Below, one piece after another: positions 51,771 to 62,787 of a DNA stretch of 64,000 bases (its first letter is position 1; each line of letters begins with the position of its first letter). The DNA comes from Octopus vulgaris (Eukaryota). A program made the position numbers and the translations under genes. The stretch covers positions 162,440,001-162,504,000 of the forward strand of contig OX597817.1 in assembly GCA_951406725.2 (NCBI GenBank). Reading direction: 5' to 3'. The notes under the pieces were generated by a model. It worked only from the letters and a program-made list of their open reading frames with translations. It made no database searches and was not told the DNA's origin.

Positions 51771-53655
51771 AAAGGAGGTACCTAAAAGAAACTGGAATTT
51801 TGCAATATTATTTATTCACTTAGTTTTACATGTTTACACTTTTATCGCCTTCAAAGTATTCTCCATTTGAAGCAAGGCATTGGTCCAGGTGCATTTTCCA
51901 CTGTTGGAAGCAGTGCTGGATCTCTTGTCTTTTAATGCCTTCATCGTTTTTCTCTTCGCCTCTTCCACATCTCCAAATTCCATCACACCAGCTTTCGTCA
52001 CCAATCACTCTTTTACTTGTTTCATTCATCTGACTGTGGCTATGCTGGAGCACCACCTTTAGTTGAGCAAATCAACCCCAGGATTTATATATATATATAT
52101 ATATATATATACGACGGGTTTCTTTCAGTTTGTGTGTGTGTTGGGGGGGGGGGGGGCAAACACAGACACACAAACACATATATATATACACATATATATA
52201 TATATGTGTGTGTATATCATCATCATCATCATCATCATCGTTTAGCGTCCGTTTTCCATGCTAGCATGGGTTGGACGGTTCTACTGGGGTCTGTGAAGCC
52301 AGAAGGCTTCATCAGGCCCAGTCAAATCTGGCAGTGTTTCTACGGCTGGATGCCCTTCCTAACGCCAACCACTCCGTGAGTGTAGTGGGTGCTTTTTACG
52401 TGCCACCCGCACAGGTGCCAGACAGAGCTGGCAAACGGCCACGAACGGACGGTGCTTTTTATGTGCCACCGGCACGAGGGCCAGGCGAGGCTGGCAACGG
52501 ACACGAACGGAACAATATATATATAACTAAAGATAAGGGTGCCTAAGAGTCACCACCATGCCGAAATAGCAGTCAAATCCCTGACTCTAAAAGCCACCTT
52601 AAATGTTCATATCGCACCATGAGATAAGACAGAGGGACATAAAGATATTACTGGTAGTCTATTTTGTCCCTCTGTCTTATCTCATGGTGTGATATGAACA
52701 TTTAAGGTGGCTTTTAGAATCAGGGATTTGACTGCTATTTCGGCATGGTGGTGTCTCTTAGACACCCTTATTTTTAGTTGTAAAAAATTATTACCTTTGT
52801 GTGGTATTTTTTCCTATGCTGGCCACTTGATAATATCGATATTATCCTTATTTATAAATTTATATATACATATATACGACAGGCTTCTTTCAGTTTCTGT
52901 CTACCAAATCCACTCACAAGGCTTTGGTCGGCCCGAGGCTATAGTAGAAGACACTTTCCCAAGGTGCCACGCAGTGGGACTGAACCTGGAACCATGTGGT
53001 TGGTAGGCAAGCTACTTACCACACAGCCACTCCTATACCATGATGACTTTCAAAAAAATAGGTCCTGATCAACTTCAACTGTTCTTTCAGTCCACAACAC
53101 ACATTCAGTCATGACAGCTTTTGATCTTCCGTGAGCAAGTGAGGCACAAATCTTACTGCAATTCATTTCTTTTGTAATTCCTCACTCAAAATTCGTTGGT
53201 AGGAGCTCCAGGACACACCAGTCATATCAACAAGTTCGTCAATTGTTCGGTGACGATCCTCCAAGATCACTTCATGAATTTTCATGATGTTTTCATTTGT
53301 TTGGGAGGTTGACAGTTGTCCTGAATGAGGTTGGTCTTCAAGTGACCAGTGACCATTCCTAAAGCATGGAAACCACTTGTATACTCATGTTTTGCTCATG
53401 GCAGTGACATTGTGAGCTGTTTGAAGCATGACACCTGTTTCAGCAGCTGTTTTCCCCAGCAGAAAACAAAATTTCACAGAAGCACACTGTTTCATCGCTT
53501 CATCTCAAAAGTCAACAAACAGGGGAGAAGCACAGCAAAATATAGATGCATTACATGGGAGTACAACTTCATACAATGATGCCAGACTGATGCCTGAGGA
53601 TCACATCTAGTGGCAGAAGCCTGAACATTCCCAGTTACTTTGGGGTACCTCCTTG
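51771..53655 (-). mobile_element. internally deleted mariner with nested insertions (~52004-53040)
   Basis: TA-flanked TIRs AAGGAGGTACC(T/C)...; GDESWC and CFQQWKMHLDQCLASNGEYFEG motifs. Confidence 0.85.
52524..52780. mobile_element. foldback MITE with 115-bp inverted arms
   Basis: 52525-52639 is the reverse complement of 52665-52779 with 5 mismatches; TA flanks. Confidence 0.9.
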
Positions 53656-54367
53656 TATAAGCTGCACTCATGATGAAGTTGCATCCCTAAATTGATGTTA
53701 AATCTTGGTACAAAATTTTTTTCCTTCATAGTTTTAGCTTTGTTCCATGTATAAGTTGCACCACAGTTTTTCGGTTAAGATCAAGTATAAAATAATGTGA
53801 CCAATACATGACTTTAAAATATTATTTCGTCATCTTTAGTTTGATTATACGTCGGTATTGGGAAATAATCAAAATTTTCACATTACTTCTCTGGTTTAAG
53901 AGTAAATGCTGAGATTTACATGAGAGATAGAGTAGAGGAACGATATGGAGGGAAAAGAGAGAGCGAGAGAGAAAGACATAGACAGACAGGGAAATAGAGA
54001 GAAAGAAAGAGAAAGATAGAGTTCAAATGGATTAAATATTCACTGCAGGTACTGTACTGTTACTAGCTGCCTAGTAGACAAGAGAGAGACAGCTATTCAG
54101 ATGATGTTTATATAACTATGCATGTAAGTCATTCATATGATAATAGTTGAATCTATGTAATGAGCTTCAAAGGAGATTAAAGCCTAGAGAAGATTTTCGA
54201 TGAAGGATTAGCGACTGCTTCATAGGAAACTGAAAGGAGGGCAACTTAATGATGAGACCTGGATCTGTACACACACACAAACATACACACACACACACAC
54301 TCACAGAATTTATGCTTGTCTGTCTGTCAGTCACTCCCTCTCTCCCTCTCTTCATATACATACATTT

Positions 54368-54411
54368 ATATTCTGATGATGGCAAGCAAGCAGAAACTTT
54401 ACAGTCACTGT
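54368..54411 (+). ncRNA. candidate minimal type I hammerhead ribozyme
   Basis: AUAUU-CUGAUGA-UGGCAAGCAAGCA-GAAA-CU-UUAC-AG-UC|ACUGU: complete core, stem III and GUC site; weak stems I and II. Confidence 0.45.
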
Positions 54412-54440
54412 CAACTTTTTGTTTGTAAGAGTTAAAAAAT

Positions 54441-54839
54441 ACTCTATTACTTGTTTCAGTCATTTGACTGTGGCCATGCTGCAGCACCGCCTTTAGTTGA
54501 GCAAATCGACCCCAGGACTTATTCTTTGTAAGCCTAGTACTTATTCTATCGGTCTCATTTGCTGAACCGCTAAGTTACAGGGACATAAACATACCAGCAC
54601 CGGTTGTCAAGCGATGTCGGGGGGGGGGGGAGACAAACACAGACAAACATAGACACACACACATACATATATATATATATACATATATACTACGGGCTTC
54701 TTTCAGTTTCCGTCTACCAAATCCACTCACAAGACTTTGGTCAATCCAAGACACTTGCCCAAAGTGCCAGGCAGTGGGACTGAACCCAGAAACATGCGGT
54801 TGCTAAGCAATCTACTTACCACACAGCAACTCCTGCACC
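54441..54839 (-). mobile_element. SINE family A
   Basis: same head and tail as other copies. Confidence 0.88.
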
Positions 54840-55310
54840 ATTTATATATTTACAAATATCGACATGCACAAATGTTCTCACATAAGATGATTAAGGAATT
54901 AATTAATTTATGATGAATTCAGTTTCTTGCAAATATCTAGAGCTAATGCAAGGGAAACAACAATTAAGAGAGCCTTATAATTTACATGCCATAAATAACA
55001 TATATACTTATTTATTCATGCATTTCAAAACCTTGTACAATCTTGTGTAATTTTCTGTAGCCTTATGGAAACATGTACCAAGGTTCGCATGAGGTATGCT
55101 CAAACAATTGTAAAGAATCTCTTTACATGAAACCATTGGTAGCCTCGTTAACCCATAAATACCTTCATCTCTGCTTCTTCCTTCTTTGTTATCTAATTAA
55201 AGACATACCAGTGAAAACCACGAGCTTCCCAATGTTATTATATCCATTTTCTTCTCATATATATATTACGTACATATATGTTTGTATGTATGCATATATT
55301 TTATTTATTA

Positions 55311-55355
<45 letters not shown>

Positions 55356-56858
55356 ATCATCATCATTGGTTTATGCAAACTTTCCAAACTGGCATTAATT
55401 GGATGGGTCACCATATCTTGAGTCAACACATATTCAGAGGTGCTACTCATCTAGTTGGTTGGAGGCCCACAACTTGCCCAATGAACTTCATTTTTATTGA
55501 TATCGTTGGGTACCTTTTATTATACCACTTTACAGTGTGCTCTGGGTACTTCTTTTTTTTTTTTTGGCACCATCACTAGTTAGGTGTCATGTCCACCACA
55601 AAAATAAAGAATGTACTGAGTACGGTTTTTTTTCATCCCAGGTCAGTGATCTGCTGTAGATTCTGCTTCTTTTGCAAAAATGTGCCCCAGCAACCACCCA
55701 TGATGCTCCGCTATGCAGAATGCTCTATCCCTTATTTTTACATGACTGTACTGTGAGGCTGCATATTTTTTAAACAGATATATATTCTTATATCCATCAA
55801 CATTAAATGTGCAATTTCCTAAATCATTCTAAGTCAGATAAAGATTAAGCAAAAGTTTTAAAAAGAGAATCAGCATGGAACAAACTCCTACCTAAATCCA
55901 GAATACTTCTATTTAATATATATAAGAGGATTAAGCCTTCTAAATCTGTTACCTGCACTAAATCAGATGAGCCTGTAGTGATATCAAAATTATCAGATTT
56001 GAATTTTCCTAACCAATGATCTTGGAATAAGATTAGTGTATCCTAGCTACCAAAATTGTCTGTATCCCTGTCTGTTAAAAAAGAAACCTTTCTGGAGGAA
56101 ACAGGAATTGTATTCAAGAATATAGCAGTATGGGTGTATAACAGCTATTAATGGCAAACTGTACAATTAAAGTAAAAAAAAAACACACTTCCATGAATTT
56201 CTTCTGGATAGTATTTTTCATTCTATTAGGAATGTCTTACTTCAAAAAATGTTTAATACTTCAAGTTACGCCATACTGATGATTTCAAAATAGAGTGAAA
56301 TAATGCTATTCATGTTTACCACTGAATAGAAATTCTAAGAACTTCATAATAACAACAACAACAAAAATAAATATATGTAAAGCAGACCAACAACAGATGT
56401 GATTGATGAGGTCATGAATAGCAACGAAAAGATTTTTACAAGCCCTAGCTGAGTGATTGATTGGCTAAACAATTAAGCAAACAATCGATTAGCTAATTGA
56501 TTAAATGTTAACAAATTGGCAAATAATAATAACAAAAGAAGTGAAGTAGAATCGGTGTTTATTATTATTATTATTATTATTATTAATGACCATCCTGAGA
56601 TACAACAAAATTTGTTTCACTGCATGGGTTCACATCAAGACTTGCAAACCAAATACAAAAATAAATATTCTAGGCCTCTTTTCTCTTATTCCATAATTTC
56701 AAATTCAAAGATCTAATCCCACCAAATATTATGGGGAAATGATTATCTCCCTTGTATAAACTGTCTGTTCAGAGACAGCATGTGTAAGAAGTTTTCTGCA
56801 TATTTCTAACAATAAATCATTGTATTACCTCACCCAAATTATTCCAAAAGGATACTTT

Positions 56859-57082
56859 CCTTTCTTTATTGCTCACAAGGGGCTAAACATAGATGGGACA
56901 AACATGGACAGACAAAGGGATTAAGTTGATTACATCGACCCCAGTGCATAACTCGTACTTAATTTATTGACCCCGAAAGGATGAAAGGCAAAGTCGAACT
57001 CGGCAGAATTTGAACTCAGAACATAGCGGCAGACGAAATACCACTAAGCATTTCGCCCGGTGTGCTAACGCTTCTGCCAGCT
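56859..57082 (-). mobile_element. SINE family C
   Basis: matches 21255-21484. Confidence 0.88.
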
Positions 57083-57558
57083 TGCTGCATATAAAAGGAT
57101 ACTTTTATACAATCTTTTACTTTTGGGATTATATTATACAGCCCGTTCTTAGAAATATGACCAATATCAGGCTTAGAGGAGCTAATAAGTCTAATATATC
57201 AGTTTTCAAAAAAGCTATGCTTATGAACTTTAATGCTAAAATGAGGGGCTTAGTCTTAAAGGACAACATTTAGTTCACTAATTTATAATTATGAAGTGGG
57301 AGTACTAAGCAGTGATATGTATAAATGCAATGTTATTACCAGGCCAATTATCCAAACAAAACACTGTGAATGGCTTGTTTATTACTCCAAACATGCCACG
57401 AGCTTATTTTAACTGCTAATAACATTGCACTAATTTACAACCCTCATCATTTATATTGTTTAGAACTTTTTCAGTAATGCCTTGATATACATATTCATTT
57501 ATTCCCTGAGACTGCACATAAAATGAAAACTTGTAAAGCAGAGCAATAATTCTTATTT

Positions 57559-57579
57559 ATTTTGATTTTGTTTATTTTG

Positions 57580-57620
<41 letters not shown>

Positions 57621-57639
57621 ACACATATGAGCATGCATT

Positions 57640-57683
<44 letters not shown>

Positions 57684-58163
57684 TGCCCTCACATATATAC
57701 ACATACATACAGCTTTCAACAGGAATTTCACAAATCTTTCACTCAGATCTTTTGCATGAGCTCACCAATGAAACTGGAAATTTACACACAAAATATTCTG
57801 AGCGCCTTGTTTCCCTGGGCATGGATTCACTGAAGCTCCGGCGTTTGGCGACGGACTTGGTAAACACCCACAAAGTTATCAACCACCTCACCAACAACAA
57901 CACTGAACACCTTTTTGATCTCCATGTGTCTAACACACGTGGACATGCCTACAAAGTCAGAAAACAACACAGCTCCCATGACTTTCGGAAACATTTTTTC
58001 ACGCTCAGAGTTGCTGAAGCATGGAATAAACTGCCTGCGTCAGTTGTTGACTGCCATGACACTGCATCTTTTAAGGCCCTCATGCTTTCCGAAATCCGCC
58101 GAAACTTCACCTGATTATATATACACTTTAGATGAGTTGTAGTGCACCTGAGCACTGTACACA

Positions 58164-58202
<39 letters not shown>

Positions 58203-58527
58203 ATTTACCACAGTAGCAATAACATTTTATGCCATTATTTTACTCTGCTGTTGTGTAGATGTGTCAGAACCAGTGTTGCCACATACACAAAATGACTGTT
58301 TAACCATTGTATATTCACTATAAAGTAAAACTCATAAACCCAGCGTCTCATAAAGTGAGGTATTTCATGGTTTTTTTATTATTCTTATTTAATTCATTTT
58401 ATTATAATTTCATTATATTTTGTGTGTAAATTTCCAGTTTTATTGGTGAGCTCATGCAAAAGATCTGAGTGAAAGATTTGTGAAATTCCTGTTGAAAGCT
58501 GTATGTATGTGTATATATGTGAGGGCA

Positions 58528-58563
<36 letters not shown>

Positions 58564-58582
58564 AATGCATGCTCATATGTGT

Positions 58583-58619
<37 letters not shown>

Positions 58620-58640
58620 CAAAATAAACAAAATCAAAAT
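57559..58640. repeat. ~230-bp inverted duplication (57559-57796 / 58415-58640)
   Basis: arms are reverse complements, differing in microsatellite length and one substitution. Confidence 0.93.
57797..58202 (+). mobile_element. young 5'-truncated CR1/L2-type LINE
   Basis: open frame ERLVSLGMDSLKLRRLATDL...TRGHAYKV...RKHFFTLRVAEAWNKLP to stop 58114; short 3' UTR stem-loop GTGC-ACCTGA-GCAC; (ATT)n tail. Confidence 0.9.
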
Positions 58641-58664
58641 CAAAATCAAAATATCCAGAGGTAA

Positions 58665-58751
58665 TACAGTACGATCGTTTCATGCAACTCCATTTAATTG
58701 AACAATGCAAACATTACATCAATTTAAAATGTAGAGCAATCTTCAGCAGCA
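58665..58751 (-). ncRNA. candidate type I hammerhead ribozyme with long stem II
   Basis: UGCUG-CUGAAGA-[long imperfect hairpin]-GAAA-CGAUCG-UA|CUGUA; palindromic stem III ACGAUCGU. Confidence 0.55.
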
Positions 58752-58970
58752 CAAAAATATAGAATTTAATTAAATTTGAAGGACTCAGTATAATTTTATC
58801 CAAAATCTCCAAGAGGATAAGAAGATAGACAAAGAATGTTTTACCAGCAACATCACAGTTGCTTATTTTGATTACAATCACCTTATTTTAAATTGTATGG
58901 ATAATACATACTAAATTCTGGTGCCTTCAACTTAAGTACCATATTCATCTGAATCTAAATTTTTACTGAA

Positions 58971-59007
<37 letters not shown>

Positions 59008-59375
59008 TGCCAGATCTGACTGGGCCTGACGAAGCCTTCCAGCTTCACAGACCCCAGTTGACCCGTCCAACCCATGCTAGCATGGAAAGCGGACACTAAA
59101 TGATGATGATGATGATGATGATATATATATATCATTTGTAGAAAACATAAATCTGAAAGAAGAAGTACACTCTAAGATGTAGATCAGCATTTATTAAAAA
59201 TGGGGAAGGCTATGGGATTACCTTAGGTTTCCCGTCCATAAAGGGTTTAGCTTAAATTGGCCATCCCCATTTTTTCTTCACCTCTTCCACATCTAATTCT
59301 ATCACACCAGCTTTCATCACCAGTGATGACTTTCGAAAAATAGGTCCTGACCAACTAGTTTAAACCAGCTTCTCC

Positions 59376-59428
<53 letters not shown>

Positions 59429-59430
<2 letters not shown>

Positions 59431-59863
59431 AATGTCAAATTAAACAAATTCTATAATAACAATTCAACTAATAGTAACAATAGCTATGGAAGAAATATAA
59501 CAAACAAAAAACATAACCAAATTTTAAATAAATGCACATGTAAAGACAAATTCAAATGTAGGTTTAATAATAATTGCAACCTAGACAACATAATTTATAA
59601 ATGTACAGTAACCGCTAATAATAATAAGAAGGAAGAATATATAGGATCCACAGCAAACGAAATTGAAAGAAGAATATCCTAACATTATCAGTCCTTCAAA
59701 AATCCCAACTTAATAAATTTGACAGGTCTAAGTAAATACTTATGGGAGTTGAAATCTAATAAAATAGAATACACCCTTAATTGGAATATCATTTGTAGAA
59801 CAAAGTCATATAGTATAGGTAATAAAATGTGCTTATTATGCACAATAGATTTTATGAAAATAC
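59429..59863 (+). mobile_element. Penelope-like element GIY-YIG endonuclease fragment
   Basis: CNLDNIIYKCTVT...EEYIGSTANE...HYQSF...TGLSKYLWELK...WNIICRTKSY...KMCLLC with one stop. Confidence 0.88.
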
Positions 59864-60371
59864 TCCAGTCCAAAGCTATAGTAGAAGACACTTGCCCAAG
59901 GTGCCATGCAGTGGGACTGAACTCAGAACTGTGGTTTGGAAGCAAGCTTTGTGCCACTTAGCCACACATGTGCCTATTACAGAATTTATTCTACAATAAA
60001 TTCTCTACCTAATCTCACAAATGTTGTGCATGTATATGTATTCAAAAACTACCAAAATATATGCATATTTACACATGGGTACATGACCTTATAAAAAAGT
60101 TCCATTTTCTAAAGAATTTCGAAGAACAGCCTTTTTTTTTAATACAAAAGTCGTGCAATTACAACATATTTTGACACATTCCATGCAAAAGCTGCCATCG
60201 TACATAATAAGCGTTCAGCATCATCATCATCAACATTTAACATTCCTTTTCCATGCTGGCATGGATTGGATGGCTTGACAGGAACTGCACCAGGTTCCAT
60301 AGTCTGTTTCGGTTAAGTTTCTATGGCTGGATGCCTTTATCATGAACCGCTCCACAGTGAATTATTGTTCA

Positions 60372-60769
60372 CTAGCAGTATCGCCCGGCGTTGCTCGGGT
60401 TTGTAAGGGAAATAACTATGTATGCATTTTTAGAGATGTAAAGTATAATAGCCATCACAATATGGTTAACCACAAAGGGGGGGGGTGTTACTGTAGCTTT
60501 TTACGTTCCTGAGATTTAATAATAAATTTTTAGAGAGTTACTTCCCTTATATATGCCAAAAATGCATTAAAAATGGGGAAAATTGATGGTAAATTTTTTT
60601 TAAATCGTAGACTCATCGTAGACGTGCGCTAATACCCAGAAGGGCTCAATATGAACCACGACTATAAGATACCCGGTTTTGGTTAAACTGCACTGCAAAA
60701 TGTGGGAGTAGTTAGGAATCTAAATCATAGGAGACAGACAGCACACAACCTCTCTTTTATATATAAAGA
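60372..60769 (-). mobile_element. non-autonomous Helitron
   Basis: same termini; 5' part like 13676-14070 with a different subterminal block. Confidence 0.9.
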
Positions 60770-61013
60770 TATTCACTGCAAAAGTTCTTGAAGAACAATA
60801 TTTCATGTATACACATTAAGAGGCACTAACACACCTTGACCTTGTAAATTTACAATTTATAATTTTGAATTCTTTCTTTCCATTTTTTTTTTTGGTTCTT
60901 CTTAAAGCAAGAAATACGTGTGCCGTGTAATAAATAGGCTGAAGTTGAATACAAGAAATCTCTCAGTAAATTGAATAAAAAAGATAACATAATATAGTGA
61001 AATAAACAAAGTA

Positions 61014-61419
61014 GGCATAGGAGTGCCTGTGTGGTAAGTAGCTTGCTTACCAACCACATGGTTCTGGTTTCAGTCCCACTGCATGGCATCTTGGGCAAGT
61101 GTCTTCTAGTACAGCCTCGGGCCGACCAAAGCCCTGTGAGTGGATTTGGTAGACGGAAACTGAAAGAAGCCCATCGTATATATGTATATGTATGTATATA
61201 TGTGTGTTTGTCTCCCCCCACCACTCAACATAGCTTGACAACCGATGCTGGTGTGTTTACGTCCCCCGTAACTTAGCAGTTCGGCAAAAGAGACTGATAG
61301 AATAAGTGCTAGGCTTATAAAGAATAAGTCCTGGGGTCGATTTGCTCGACTAAAAGCAGTGCTCCAGCATGGCCACAGTCAAATGACTGAAATAAGTAAA
61401 AGAGTAAAAGAGTAAAGAA
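61014..61419 (+). mobile_element. full-length SINE family A
   Basis: head and tail as above, (GTAAAAGA)n end. Confidence 0.9.
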
Positions 61420-61639
61420 TAAAGTAGCATGATTAATAGTCGAATAAGTGTATATAGGGAAGGTCATTATGCCAATATAATTAACACACACACTGGTTCA
61501 ATTCCACTCATTTATTAAATATCGATTGTTTTGTTTTTGTTTGTTAAAGCTCTTTTCTTGCTTCTTGTAGCCTTCTCAGAATTGAACCAGTGTGTTAATT
61601 ATATTTGCATATCAATGGAAATCGATCAATGGAAATTGC

Positions 61640-61997
61640 AGATGTGTTACCAGTGCCGGTGGCATGTAAGAGAACTTTCCGTTTCGCGACCGTTGCCAGC
61701 ACCGCCCCGTTTCGTGTCCATTGCCAGCCTCGCCTGGCCCTCGTGCCGGTGGCACATAAAAAGCACCATCCGTTCGTGGCCGTTTGCCAGCTCTGTCTGG
61801 CACCAGTGCGGGTGGCACGTAAAAAGCACCCACTACACTCACGGAGTGGTTGGCGTTAGGAAGGGCATCCAGCCATAGAAACACTGCCAGATTTGACTGG
61901 GCCTGATGAAGCCTTCTGGCTTCACAGACCCCAGCAGAACCGTCCAACCCATGCTAGCATGGAAAACGGACGCTAAATGATGATGATGATGATGATG
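61640..61997 (+). mobile_element. RTE-tail retroposon (family B), near-identical to 52217-52512 in reverse
   Basis: shared subfamily variants; (GAT)n tail. Confidence 0.88.
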
Positions 61998-62114
61998 AAC
62001 CTCCCTAGACACAACAAATTTGTTTCAAACACATGAATTGTCATAAAGAAGCTTGCAAACCAGATACAAAAACTAAGTGTGCATACAAATACATATAGTG
62101 TATTAAATAAACAT

Positions 62115-62545
62115 TATTCTTTTACTCTTTTACTTGTTTCAGTCATTTGACTGCAGCCAAGCTGGAGCACCGCCTTTAGTCGAGCAAATCGAGCCCAGGA
62201 ATTATTCTTTGGAAGCCTAGTACTTACTCTATCAGTCTCTTTTGCCAAACCGCTAAGTTATGGGGATATATTTTCTTTACTACCCACAAGGGCCAAACAC
62301 AGAGGGGACAGACAAAGGGATTAAGTCGTACATCGACCCCAGTGCGTAACTGGCACTTAATTTATCGACCCCGAAAGGATGAAAGGCAAAGTCGACCTCG
62401 GCGGAATTTGAACTCGGAACGCAACGACAGACGAAATCGGCTACGAGCCCGGCGTGCTAACGTTTCTGCCAGCTCGCCGCCTTTTGGGATATAAACACAC
62501 CAGCATCAGTTGTCAAGCGATGTTAGGGGGGGGGTACAAGCACGG

Positions 62546-62629
<84 letters not shown>

Positions 62630-62787
62630 CGGGCTTCGTTCAGTTTCCGTCTACCAAATCCACTCATAAGGCTTTGGTCGGCCCGCAGCTATAGTAGAAG
62701 ACACTTGCCCATGGTGCTACGCAGTGGGACTGAACCTGGAACCATGTGGTTGATAAGCAAACTACTTACCACACAGCCTCTCCTGCT
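62115..62787 (-). mobile_element. SINE family A interrupted by a family C SINE (62271-62485)
   Basis: TSD GGGATATA (62263-62270, 62486-62493). Confidence 0.88.

Noticed and set aside
59210-59270. Additional hammerhead (minus-strand GAAACCUAAGGUA)
   Set aside because: The CUGANGA box is missing; upstream sequence runs into a mariner fragment
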